Shown piece by piece: positions 1-8,757 of a stretch of DNA of 64,000 nt (the stretch's first letter is position 1; each line of letters opens with the position of its first letter). Origin of the DNA: an uncultured Azospirillum sp. (GTDB taxonomy: Bacteria > Pseudomonadota > Alphaproteobacteria > RF32 > CAG-239); assembly GCA_947301965.1 (NCBI GenBank), contig CAMYUM010000001.1:95635-159634 (forward strand), read 5' to 3'. A program made the translations under genes and the position numbers. A model generated the notes under the pieces. The model searched no databases, was not told where the DNA came from, and saw only the letters and a program-made list of their open reading frames with translations.

Positions 1-736
1 GGAGATGGTTTGCGCTTGATGAAGAGAGGTCTTTATGAGAGGTGAATAATTTAAGTAAAGATGAATTTGTTGCCCTAATCATGATTTGCGCGAGAATAAT
101 TCCGCCAAGACCAATGATAGAGCCAACAGTAATCAGTAAAATATTTTGCTGTGCGAATCCGATTGCAACAGAGTTCCAACCGGAAAAAGCGTTGAGAATT
201 GAAATTATAATGGGCATGTCGGCACCGCCGACGGGAAATACCAAAAAAATTCCCCAAAGCAGAGATGAAAAAATTAAAGCCCAAAAATATACAATATCGA
301 AGTGGCGATAAAACATAAATGCAAAATATGCGGTAAGACATAAAAATAAGACGTTGAGGATAATCGGATTTAAAAAACGAAAATCAGGTTTTGATAAAAA
401 TCCCTGCAGTTTACAAAAAGCAACAACAGAGCCGGAAAAAGTTACGGTGCCAACAACGCTTCCGAGAACCAGAGCCGAAGAAAAAATATGTGCGTCACCG
501 ATAGCTATGCAAACGACGGCAGCGCCACCGAGACCATTGAGAAGAGCAACCATTTGCGGCAGTGATGTTATTTTAATTTTTAGACCTAAAAGTATGCCGA
601 CGGCGGCTCCGAAAAAAATTGCCGAAGCCAAATAAATGACGTTTTGAGGAACGGGAACAAAATCAGAAGCAATAGCCAAAAGCATGGCAAAAATACTAAT
701 TTTAGCGCCTAAAGCGGCGGTCTGAGGAGACGCCAT
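1..736 (-). CDS. pntB: NAD(P) transhydrogenase beta subunit PntB, N-terminal membrane domain; gene continues past the left edge of the window
   Basis: Reverse-strand translation from the ATG at 736 gives MASPQTAALGAKISIFAMLLAIAS... and includes ...ADMPIIISILNAFSGWNS..., which matches the PntB membrane-domain MPVVISxLNSYSGW motif. The ORFs at 42..311 and 354..635 are opposite-strand shadows of this gene. Confidence 0.8.
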   Translation of the reverse strand, partial: MASPQTAALGAKISIFAMLLAIASDFVPVPQNVIYLASAIFFGAAVGILLGLKIKITSLPQMVALLNGLGGAAVVCIAIGDAHIFSSALVLGSVVGTVTFSGSVVAFCKLQGFLSKPDFRFLNPIILNVLFLCLTAYFAFMFYRHFDIVYFWALIFSSLLWGIFLVFPVGGADMPIIISILNAFSGWNSVAIGFAQQNILLITVGSIIGLGGIILAQIMIRATNSSLLKLFTSHKDLSSSSANHL

Positions 737-795
737 AAAGCGTATTGCTATGATTATGGCGCAGATGCAAAGCAAATAAATATAAATGAGATGAT

Positions 796-1068
796 TCAAT
801 TTTTAGGCTCCTTTTTTTTGAACATTACAAGCATACGGGAGGAAACAGCAAAGCCGCCGAATATGTTGACGGAGGCAAGAAAAACGGCGAGAAAATTCCA
901 AAAATCAGAGCCGTGTTGGGTTATTGCTCCGATGATAACAATGCCGGATATGGCATTTGAGATACTCATAAAAGGAGAATAAAGAGCCGGCGTTACCCCG
1001 AGAACGACAAAATATCCGATAAAGCACGACAAAACAAAAATTATGAGCAGAATATTGAAATTAATCAT
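796..1068 (-). CDS. pntAB: NAD(P) transhydrogenase alpha subunit part 2 (small membrane subunit)
   Basis: A 90-aa hydrophobic protein sits between pntAA and pntB. It overlaps the pntAA stop by 8 nt, as expected for the split-alpha arrangement. Confidence 0.75.
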   Translation of the reverse strand: MINFNILLIIFVLSCFIGYFVVLGVTPALYSPFMSISNAISGIVIIGAITQHGSDFWNFLAVFLASVNIFGGFAVSSRMLVMFKKKEPKN

Positions 1069-2026
1069 TTTGTTTTTCTCCGATGTAAGTGGCTTTTATA
1101 ATCTCATCTTGAAAATCAAGATTAAAATTTTGAGACGGAAAGTCGTAAATCAAGCGGAAAAAGTTATAGATATTATTGGCAAAAAGACGACTGGCGGAGT
1201 TGGCTGTTTGGGAAGGGAGGTTGTAGCCGCGATAAATGTTGGGCGATGAAATTGAAAAATCAATATTGCCGGAAACATCAACCAAAACGGTTTGTTCGGA
1301 AATGGCGGCAAATTTTGCCGGAGTGATAATAATCGGAGCACGAGGAAAAGACCCGGCGCAAGTTATGATGATGTCATAATCAAAAAAATCGGTCGGAGAA
1401 TCGATAAAAACAGCTCCAACCGATAAAGCCTGCTCTTTAGTTTCGGGGCGGATGTCAGAAACGTAAACCTTGGTTCCAAGACGTTTTGCGGTTGCGGCGG
1501 CCTGAAGCCCGCATACTCCGAGACCTAAAATTAAAACTTTAAGTGGGGGAAGTGTACCTGCAGACGTAATCATCATGGGGGCGCAACGATTGCTTTTGTT
1601 GATTGCCAACAAAGCCGCTTTGTAACCGGCAATATTGTCTTGAGAAGATAAAATATCCATACTCTGAGCTCGTGAAATGCGGGGAATCTGATTGAGGGCA
1701 AAGGCTCGAAAAATGCGGCAGAAAAAATTATCGGTTCGGCGAAAGTCGGCTATAACCAAAGGAGATTTTTTTAACCAGGAACACTCTTGATTTGAAGGTG
1801 CCCAAATTTTAAAAAGGACGTTGCAATCATGGCAAATTTGTTGCGGGGAATCGCAAATTTCAGCTCCGCTTAAACAATATTTTTGATCAAAAAATCCGGC
1901 GGCTAAACCGGCGTTTTTTTCAACGATGATTTGAAGACCGTCAGAGGTAAGTTTTTCTACAATTTCCGGCGTTATCGCAACTCTGTTTTCGTCGGGGGCG
2001 GTTTCTTTTATTACACCTATAAGCAT
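1061..2026 (-). CDS. pntAA: NAD(P) transhydrogenase alpha subunit part 1 (AlaDH/PNT NAD-binding domain)
   Basis: The 321-aa protein starts MLIGVIKETAPDENRVAITPE and carries a Rossmann motif (VLILGLGVCGLQAAATAKRLGTKV), both typical of PntA domain I. Confidence 0.9.
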   Translation of the reverse strand: MLIGVIKETAPDENRVAITPEIVEKLTSDGLQIIVEKNAGLAAGFFDQKYCLSGAEICDSPQQICHDCNVLFKIWAPSNQECSWLKKSPLVIADFRRTDNFFCRIFRAFALNQIPRISRAQSMDILSSQDNIAGYKAALLAINKSNRCAPMMITSAGTLPPLKVLILGLGVCGLQAAATAKRLGTKVYVSDIRPETKEQALSVGAVFIDSPTDFFDYDIIITCAGSFPRAPIIITPAKFAAISEQTVLVDVSGNIDFSISSPNIYRGYNLPSQTANSASRLFANNIYNFFRLIYDFPSQNFNLDFQDEIIKATYIGEKQND

Positions 2027-2107
2027 TTTTTCTCCTGTTTAATAATTGAGAAAGTTTATTTGTATATAATAGCGATAATTGTTTTTGAAACGGAGTGGAA
2101 AATAAAA

Positions 2108-2638
2108 ATGATATTTAAGCTTTTCAGAGCTTTTTTCAAAATCGGATTATTTATGTTCGGAGGCGGTTCGGCAATTATTCCGCTGTTACAGGCAGAATTG
2201 GTCGAGCGCAAAAAATGGCTGAACGAAAAGGAGATTATGGATTATTATTCTATCGGTCAGTGTACCCCCGGAATTATTGCCGTTAATGTTTCTACTTTTA
2301 CAGGGTATAAACTCGGAGGAATTAAAGGAGCGGTGGCGTCAACGCTCGGGGTGATAATGCCGTCGCTGATAATAATTATTATGATTGCGAGCCTGATAAA
2401 TTTGTTTTTGGATAATCAATATGTGATGCACGCTTTTACCGGTATAAGAATTGCGGTGGTAGCATTGATTGCCGATGTGGTTTTGAGTATGGGACGCAAA
2501 AATATTAAGGACAGATATCAGTTTGCTATTTTTGCGGCAGTAGTGATATTGATGTTGGCGTTGTCAATATCTCCGGTGTGGGTAATTTGCGGAGCGGGTG
2601 CTCTGGGGTTGATTTTACGCAGAGGAAAAACAGTATGA
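2108..2638 (+). CDS. chrA: Chromate transporter (CHR) family short-chain protein, half 1
   Basis: It has the FKIGLFMFGGGSAIIPLLQ motif. The ATG at 2108 was chosen because the 1931 start would overlap pntAA on the opposite strand. Confidence 0.7.
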   Translation: MIFKLFRAFFKIGLFMFGGGSAIIPLLQAELVERKKWLNEKEIMDYYSIGQCTPGIIAVNVSTFTGYKLGGIKGAVASTLGVIMPSLIIIIMIASLINLFLDNQYVMHAFTGIRIAVVALIADVVLSMGRKNIKDRYQFAIFAAVVILMLALSISPVWVICGAGALGLILRRGKTV

Positions 2639-3153
2639 TTTGGTTGTTGTTGTTTTTTGAATTTTTCAAAATCGGGCTGTTTGCCTTGGGCGGAGGATTG
2701 GTAACAATACCGTTTTTATTTGATTTGTCGGCAAAATACGGATGGTTTAGTTCGCAGGAGCTGTTTGATATGATTGCCATTTCCGAATCGTCTCCGGGAC
2801 CAATCGGGGTTAATATGGCGACATATGTCGGCTTTAAAATACTCGGAATTTGGGGGGGAATCGTGGCAACGGCGGGATTGATTTTGCCGTCGGTAATTAT
2901 TGTGATAATCGTAGCAAAAGTTTTGGAAAAATATCGCCAATCAAACACTTTTGCGAATCTAATGTATAGCATTCATCCGGCGGCGATTGCCATGATTTTG
3001 TATGCGGGAATCGAGTTGGGAAAAATGGTCTTAATCAGTCCGATGCTAATTGGAATCGGAATAATATTTTGGGGTGCAATACATTTTATAAAACTGCACC
3101 CCATTGTTTACATCGTTCTCGGCGGAATCGTCGGTGTCGTATTAAAATTATAA
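2635..3153 (+). CDS. chrA: Chromate transporter (CHR) family short-chain protein, half 2
   Basis: It has the FKIGLFALGGGLVTIPFL motif. Its ATG overlaps the TGA of the upstream gene (ATGA), indicating a co-translated paralogous pair. Confidence 0.7.
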   Translation: MIWLLLFFEFFKIGLFALGGGLVTIPFLFDLSAKYGWFSSQELFDMIAISESSPGPIGVNMATYVGFKILGIWGGIVATAGLILPSVIIVIIVAKVLEKYRQSNTFANLMYSIHPAAIAMILYAGIELGKMVLISPMLIGIGIIFWGAIHFIKLHPIVYIVLGGIVGVVLKL

Positions 3154-3390
3154 ATCAAGCGCCTTGCGATATGTGTCAAGGAGATATTCCTGCTCTTCGC
3201 GGTCGCTGGCGTTCATCTTGCGCAGTTTGATAATGGTGCGCATAATTTTTACATCAAAACCTGCGGATTTTGCTTCGGCATATATGTCACGAATATCACC
3301 GCCGAGAGCTCTCTTTTCTTCTTCAAGGCGTTCAATACGCTCAATCAGCGAGCGCAAACGATCGGTGGCAATCCCTCCAACTTGAGTCAT
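3148..3390 (-). CDS. gapR: DUF2312/GapR-like small DNA-binding protein
   Basis: MTQVGG...LRSLIERIERLEEEKRALGGDIRDIYAEAKSAGFDVKIMRTIIKLRK matches the conserved DUF2312/GapR core found in alphaproteobacteria and their phages. A strong RBS (aaggagat) precedes the ATG at 3390. Confidence 0.65.
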   Translation of the reverse strand: MTQVGGIATDRLRSLIERIERLEEEKRALGGDIRDIYAEAKSAGFDVKIMRTIIKLRKMNASDREEQEYLLDTYRKALDL

Positions 3391-3532
3391 TTTTATCTCC
3401 TTCAATCATTAAAATATTGTAAGCGAGATTAGCAAAGCCGATGTGTTTTGACAAGAAATAAATTTACACTTTACCAAAAATTAAATCTTATATTGAATAC
3501 TGTTTATAACGTAAATGTTTTAGGAAAAAAAT

Positions 3533-4954
3533 ATGCCAAAAAATACTTGTACGCGCATTTTGGCAACTATCGGACCGGCAACCGCAACAGATGAAAAGAT
3601 TGCCGAACTGATTGATGCCGGAGTTGACGCTTTTCGTTTTAATTTCAGCCACGGAACCCACAAAGAACACAAGCAGCGGTTGAGCGTTGTACGCAAACTG
3701 GCAAAACAAAAAGGACGCTATATTGCGGTGGTGGCAGATATGCAGGGTCCGAAACTTCGTGTCGGCGAGTTTAAGGATAAAAAAGTTGTGCTTGAGGAAG
3801 GACAGCAGTTTGTTTTGGATATGAAAAACGAGCTCGGTACCAAAGAGCGTGTTACATTGCCGCATAAAGAGATTTTTGCAGCCATAAAAGTTGGTGACGA
3901 ATTGTTGCTGAATGACGGCAACATTGTGTTGAAAATTAAGTCTAAAACAGCAACCAGTGCAATAACCACGGTTAAGGTCGGCGGCGAATTGTCAAGCCAC
4001 AAAGGCGTTAATTTGCCAAATATTAAATTGCCAATATCGGCAATTACCGAAAAAGACAAGGAGGATTTAAAATTTGCTTTAAAACTCGGAGTGGATTGGG
4101 TTTGTTTGTCATTTGTACAATCGGTTGAAGACGTCAGAATGGCAAAAAAACTTATTGGCGATAAGGCGATGATTATTTCCAAACTTGAAAAACCGAGCGC
4201 AATTGAGGAGCTGGATGAAATTATTCATTTGTCAGATGCGATTATGGTGGCTCGAGGCGATTTGGGGGTTGAGTGTCCGTTGCAAACCGTTCCGGTTTTG
4301 CAAAAGAAAATCGTTAATGCTTGCCGCAAATTTGCACGACCGGTGATTGTAGCAACCCAAATGTTGGAATCAATGATTGAAAAACCGACGCCGACAAGAG
4401 CGGAAGTTTCCGATGTGGCAACGGCGGTTTATGACGGGTGTGACGCGGTGATGCTTTCGGCGGAAACGGCAGTCGGAAAATATCCGGTTGAGGCGGTAAA
4501 GATGATGGGAAAAATTATTACTCAAGTTGAATCTGATCCGCTGTTTTTCCAAAACATTAAGAAAAATCAAGGAGCCAGTCTTTGTATAGGTGAGGAAGAT
4601 TCCATAGCATATGCCGCCAACGAAATCTCTAAAGTTTTGAAAGTTGCGGCGGTAGTAACTTATACAACTTCAGGCAAGACAACATTTTTGATTGCCAGAG
4701 AAAGACCAAGCACACCGATTATTGCTTTGACTCTTGATGAAAAGGTGGCTTGTAAATTAGCGTTGGTCTGGGGAGCTCGCCCAGTAGTTAAAAAATCGCA
4801 CTTTTCAAGTTTTGATAAGTTTGAGGACAATGCAGTGCAGGCGGCACTGGAAAGCGGACTGGTTCATCACGGGGATCATATAATTATTACCGGCGGTTTT
4901 CCGTTGGGAATTAAAGGACGAACCAATATTCTGCATACAGTGCATATAAAATAA
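3533..4954 (+). CDS. pyk: Pyruvate kinase
   Basis: The 473-aa protein carries the FNFSHG and MVARGDLGVE motifs. Confidence 0.95.
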   Translation: MPKNTCTRILATIGPATATDEKIAELIDAGVDAFRFNFSHGTHKEHKQRLSVVRKLAKQKGRYIAVVADMQGPKLRVGEFKDKKVVLEEGQQFVLDMKNELGTKERVTLPHKEIFAAIKVGDELLLNDGNIVLKIKSKTATSAITTVKVGGELSSHKGVNLPNIKLPISAITEKDKEDLKFALKLGVDWVCLSFVQSVEDVRMAKKLIGDKAMIISKLEKPSAIEELDEIIHLSDAIMVARGDLGVECPLQTVPVLQKKIVNACRKFARPVIVATQMLESMIEKPTPTRAEVSDVATAVYDGCDAVMLSAETAVGKYPVEAVKMMGKIITQVESDPLFFQNIKKNQGASLCIGEEDSIAYAANEISKVLKVAAVVTYTTSGKTTFLIARERPSTPIIALTLDEKVACKLALVWGARPVVKKSHFSSFDKFEDNAVQAALESGLVHHGDHIIITGGFPLGIKGRTNILHTVHIK

Positions 4955-4962
4955 AGACAAAT

Positions 4963-4993
4963 AAAAAAACCGCTCAGATTTGAGCGGTTTTTT
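4963..4993. terminator. Bidirectional rho-independent terminator between the convergent pyk and ferredoxin genes
   Basis: Hairpin accgctcagatttgagcggt flanked by an A-run and a T-run. Confidence 0.7.
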
Positions 4994-5000
4994 ATGATTA

Positions 5001-5240
5001 TTATTCGTTGGCGTTCGGCCAATTCTTGGCGTTTTCAGCATTGAATGCAACACATTTCGGGTCAGCATCTTCTTCAGAGCTGATAGCTTCTTGCGGGCAT
5101 TCAGAAATGCATACACCGCAGCTGATGCAAGTATCGGGATCAATTACCAATTGAGTATCACCTTCATGAAAAGCATCAACCGGGCATACATCGGCGCAAG
5201 ATTTGCACTTAATGCAGTTGTCGTTAACAACAGAAACCAT
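5001..5240 (-). CDS. 2x[4Fe-4S] ferredoxin
   Basis: The 79-aa protein has two CxxCxxCxxxCP motifs (CIKCKSCADVCPV and CISCGVCISECP). Confidence 0.85.
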   Translation of the reverse strand: MVSVVNDNCIKCKSCADVCPVDAFHEGDTQLVIDPDTCISCGVCISECPQEAISSEEDADPKCVAFNAENAKNWPNANE

Positions 5241-5322
5241 GGTTTATCTCCTTGTTATTATTTGTCAGCCCTCAATCTAAACATATTTAAGATAAAATCA
5301 AGCAAAAAAATAACAAAACTCA

Positions 5323-5351
5323 CTTGCGAAGGGCTTTTTTGCTCCCCATAT
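5323..5351 (+). promoter_or_regulatory. Putative sigma-32 (RpoH) heat-shock promoter of htpG
   Basis: CTTGCGAA, a 13-nt spacer, then CCCCATAT, located about 30 nt upstream of the htpG ATG. This matches the CTTGAA-N13-15-CCCCATNT consensus. Confidence 0.45.
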
Positions 5352-5382
5352 AATAAGCAATGAATATTTACGGAGATGAACA

Positions 5383-7236
5383 ATGAGCGAAAAAATGAAT
5401 TTTCAGGCAGAAGTTAACAAAATGCTGAACATTGTGGTTAACTCGCTGTATTCGGAAAAGTATATCTTTTTGAGAGAGCTGATTTCAAACGCCTCAGATG
5501 CTTGCGATAAATTGAAATATTTGATGTTAAGCAAGCCGGAAATAGCCAAAGGCAACGGAGAGCTGAAAATTGTTTTGAAACCCGATGACAAAGCAAATAC
5601 TTTGACAATTTCGGATAACGGAATCGGAATGAACAAAGATGATTTGATTAATCATTTAGGAACAATCGCTAAGTCGGGAACATCGGAATTTGTTGCCAAT
5701 ATGAAAGAAAACGGTTCGGCCGCAGACCTTATCGGTCAATTCGGTGTCGGCTTTTATTCGGCATTTATGGTTGCGGATAAGGTTGAAATAGTTACCAAAA
5801 AAGCCGGAGAAAAACAAGCGTATAAGTGGATATCAAACGGGGTTGACGGTTTTGAAATCGAGGAGACCGAAAAAGAAGGAATCGGTACGGAAATAAAGCT
5901 TTATCTTAAAGCCGAGGATATGAACTTTACGGACACCATTTATTTGCGCCACTTGGTAAGGGCATATTCGGACCATATCAATTATCCGATTGTGCTGAAT
6001 ATGGGTGAAGCCGGAGAAGAAACAATAAATACCGGTTCGGCATTGTGGACGAGAAATAAGAGTGAAATCACTCAAGAACAATATAAAGATTTTTATCAGC
6101 ATATTTCGCACAACTTTGATGACCCGTGGTTAACGTTACATTTTAAGGCGGAAGGAAACATTGAATATACATCATTGTTGTTTATTCCTTCAAACCAGCC
6201 GGCGGATTTGTTCCAGCCGGATCAGAAACACGGATTAAAATTGTATGTAAACAAGGTGTTTGTTTCGGATAAAGTTGAAGAGCTGATGCCGAATTATCTG
6301 CGTTTTGTAAAGGGAATCGTTGACTCATCAGATTTACCGCTGAATATTTCACGCGAAATGTTGCAACAAAACGCATTGGTTGCAAAAATCAAGCACGGAA
6401 TCGTAGGAAGACTGCTGAAGGAATTGAAAAAGCGTGCCGAAAATTATGACGATTATATCAAGTTTTGGAACAATTTCGGAATGGCTTTTAAAGAGGGAAT
6501 TTACGAAGACTTTGCCAACAGAGAGGAAATAGCCGGATTGTCCCTGTTCAATTCTACCGAGAGCGGAGAAAAATTAACAACACTTGATGCTTATATTGAA
6601 AGAATGAAGCCGGAACAAAAGGATATTTATTATATTACCGGCGATGACGTTAAAGTGTTGGCAAATAATCCGCAGTTAGAAGCCTTTAAACAAAAAGGGT
6701 TTGAGGTTTTGTTGCTGATTGATCCGATAGATGAGTTTTGGACACAGACTTTGCCGAACTATAAAGGCAAAGCTATCAAACATATTGCTCAAGCGGATTT
6801 GGATTTTAAGATTGAGCGCAAAGAGCCCAAGGCCGACGAAGGCAGTTTGGATAAATTGCTGAAGATGATGGAAGAAATGTTTAAAGACGAAGTCGGTAAA
6901 GTTGTTGCGACCGAAAGGCTGGCATCAAGTCCGGTAAGTTTGACGGTGGAAAACGGACAAATGAGCATACACTTGGAGCGTTTGATGAGAAATCACCAAC
7001 AGCAGACGGCTTTTAATTCAACACGAATTTTGGAAGTTAATCCGTACCACCCGCTGATTATTAAGATGAGCGAGATGACGGAAGATAAGAAGAAAAAACC
7101 GGAAATTGAAAAGGTGGCAAAGATTTTGTTGGATCAAGCCAAGATTGCCGAAGGAGAGCCCGTCGGCGACCCATCGTTTTATGTAAGCACGATAAGTGAT
7201 TATATATTACAGGGGATAAGCGACAATAAAAAATAG
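5383..7236 (+). CDS. htpG: Molecular chaperone HtpG (Hsp90)
   Basis: The 617-aa protein carries the N-terminal GHKL ATPase signature NKEIFLRELISNASDA. Confidence 0.95.
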   Translation: MSEKMNFQAEVNKMLNIVVNSLYSEKYIFLRELISNASDACDKLKYLMLSKPEIAKGNGELKIVLKPDDKANTLTISDNGIGMNKDDLINHLGTIAKSGTSEFVANMKENGSAADLIGQFGVGFYSAFMVADKVEIVTKKAGEKQAYKWISNGVDGFEIEETEKEGIGTEIKLYLKAEDMNFTDTIYLRHLVRAYSDHINYPIVLNMGEAGEETINTGSALWTRNKSEITQEQYKDFYQHISHNFDDPWLTLHFKAEGNIEYTSLLFIPSNQPADLFQPDQKHGLKLYVNKVFVSDKVEELMPNYLRFVKGIVDSSDLPLNISREMLQQNALVAKIKHGIVGRLLKELKKRAENYDDYIKFWNNFGMAFKEGIYEDFANREEIAGLSLFNSTESGEKLTTLDAYIERMKPEQKDIYYITGDDVKVLANNPQLEAFKQKGFEVLLLIDPIDEFWTQTLPNYKGKAIKHIAQADLDFKIERKEPKADEGSLDKLLKMMEEMFKDEVGKVVATERLASSPVSLTVENGQMSIHLERLMRNHQQQTAFNSTRILEVNPYHPLIIKMSEMTEDKKKKPEIEKVAKILLDQAKIAEGEPVGDPSFYVSTISDYILQGISDNKK

Positions 7237-7249
7237 CCGGGCAATTTGA

Positions 7250-7282
7250 AAAAAAGGGAGGTTTGTTGACCTCTCTTTTTTA
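7250..7282 (+). terminator. Rho-independent terminator after htpG
   Basis: Hairpin aagggaggtttgttgacctctctt followed by a T-run. Confidence 0.6.
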
Positions 7283-7375
7283 GTTTTAAAGCGTGGAAAG
7301 AAAAGCAATTTTGTTTGCCAGAGGCGGTTTTATGTGGTAGTTACTAACATAGTTTGAAGCTTTGAGGAAAAAGCG

Positions 7376-8242
7376 GTGAGAAGACGTCGGGTTCTTTTTT
7401 TACATTTGAGCAGACTGCGCAGAACAATTAAAAAATCTGCGATTGCGGTGCTGTTTGTCTTGGTTTTTGTGTTTATGCTGTTGAACAAAACCAATAATGC
7501 TTTAATTGAAAAAACTTCAACCACGGCGGAAGAAATAGTTACTCCGATTACAGAGATTTTGGTTATGCCGGCAAGCATGCTTTTGAACGGATATGACTAT
7601 TTGCGCAGTTTGAGAAAAATTGACCTTGAAAACCAAGCCTTGCGTGAAGAAAATCACAAATTGATTATTGCAAACGCAAAGAATCGAGCGCTTGAAATTG
7701 AAAACAAAATCCTTGCAAATCTGCTGAATTATGTAGTGCCGCCAAAAGCCGATTTTATAACGGCAAAAGTTGTAGCGCAGGAAGGAACGGCTTTTGCGCA
7801 TTCGTTGACCGTGTATATCGGCGACAACAACCGTGTTGAGAAGGGGCAGGTAGCCATAAGTGATAAAGGTGTGGTCGGACGAGTTGAGGATGTCGGTTCC
7901 CGCTATGCAAAAATTGCGCTGATTAATAATATTAACTCAAAAATTTCGGTAATGATTGAAAATTCCCGCGTGCGCGGAATGATGGTCGGACAGAATGATA
8001 TTTGGCCGGATTTGGTATTTTTGCCGCTTGATGCGGATTTAAAAATAGGGGACAGAGTTATAACCTCGGGAATAGGCGGTGTTTTTCCGGTGGGATTGCC
8101 GGTGGGTAAAATTGCGTCAATAAGCAAAAGCGGTGCAAAAATTGAGCCGGCAAATAATTTGTCGCGACTTGAATATGTTATGATTGTCGATTACAAATTG
8201 CCGGATCCGGCAAATGAGCTTTATGAGGATGAACGTCAATGA
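7376..8242 (+). CDS. mreC: Rod shape-determining protein MreC
   Basis: GTG start, an N-terminal TM segment, a coiled-coil and a C-terminal beta domain (GDRVITSGIGGVFPVGLPVG). It is followed by mreD, mrdA and rodA. No mreB lies upstream. Confidence 0.8.
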   Translation: MRRRRVLFLHLSRLRRTIKKSAIAVLFVLVFVFMLLNKTNNALIEKTSTTAEEIVTPITEILVMPASMLLNGYDYLRSLRKIDLENQALREENHKLIIANAKNRALEIENKILANLLNYVVPPKADFITAKVVAQEGTAFAHSLTVYIGDNNRVEKGQVAISDKGVVGRVEDVGSRYAKIALINNINSKISVMIENSRVRGMMVGQNDIWPDLVFLPLDADLKIGDRVITSGIGGVFPVGLPVGKIASISKSGAKIEPANNLSRLEYVMIVDYKLPDPANELYEDERQ

Positions 8243-8757
8243 GGGAAGGGTGGCATGAAGCTCTTACAAATTGGCTGTTAAGATGGTTGCCGCTGTTTGT
8301 TTCAATACTGTGGCTGATGATTTCGTTTATCCCGTTAAAATCAGAATTAAGCGCCAACGCCAGACCGATGTTGGGTTTGATGTGTGTGTATTTCTGGAGC
8401 GCCTATCGTTCGGATTTGTTTTCGCTGATGTCGATTTTTATATTAGGGGTGATTTCTGATGTTTTGTCGGTGGCACCGCTGGGTATCTACTTGTTTATGT
8501 ATTTGATAATGTATCTCTCGGTTATAAAAATATCCAAGTATGTTAATGAAAAAACTTTTGAAATGTTATGGATAGGTTTGGCGGTGCTGTTACCGGTGCC
8601 GATGTTGTCGGGCTGGCTTTTGACATCAATTTATTATGCTGATTTTTTGCCGCTGAAAAGTCTGCTGTTTTCATATTTAATCAGCGTGGCGCTGTATCCG
8701 ATTTTCGGAGGGATAAACGCTGTCATAATTAACAAATGTCTGCAGGATGAAAACTGA
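8239..8757 (+). CDS. mreD: Rod shape-determining protein MreD
   Basis: A 172-aa polytopic membrane protein in the canonical position, overlapping the mreC stop. Confidence 0.7.
   Translation: MREGWHEALTNWLLRWLPLFVSILWLMISFIPLKSELSANARPMLGLMCVYFWSAYRSDLFSLMSIFILGVISDVLSVAPLGIYLFMYLIMYLSVIKISKYVNEKTFEMLWIGLAVLLPVPMLSGWLLTSIYYADFLPLKSLLFSYLISVALYPIFGGINAVIINKCLQDEN

Noticed and set aside
42-635. Plus-strand ORFs 42..311 and 354..635 at the left edge.
   Set aside because: They lie opposite a clearly recognisable pntB reading frame on the minus strand, so they are shadow ORFs.
1931-2107. The upstream start at 1931 that the ORF track gives for the first chrA half.
   Set aside because: It would overlap the pntAA coding region on the opposite strand by about 95 nt and adds a non-CHR-like N-terminus. 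The ATG at 2108 directly precedes the conserved FKIGLFMFGGG segment.
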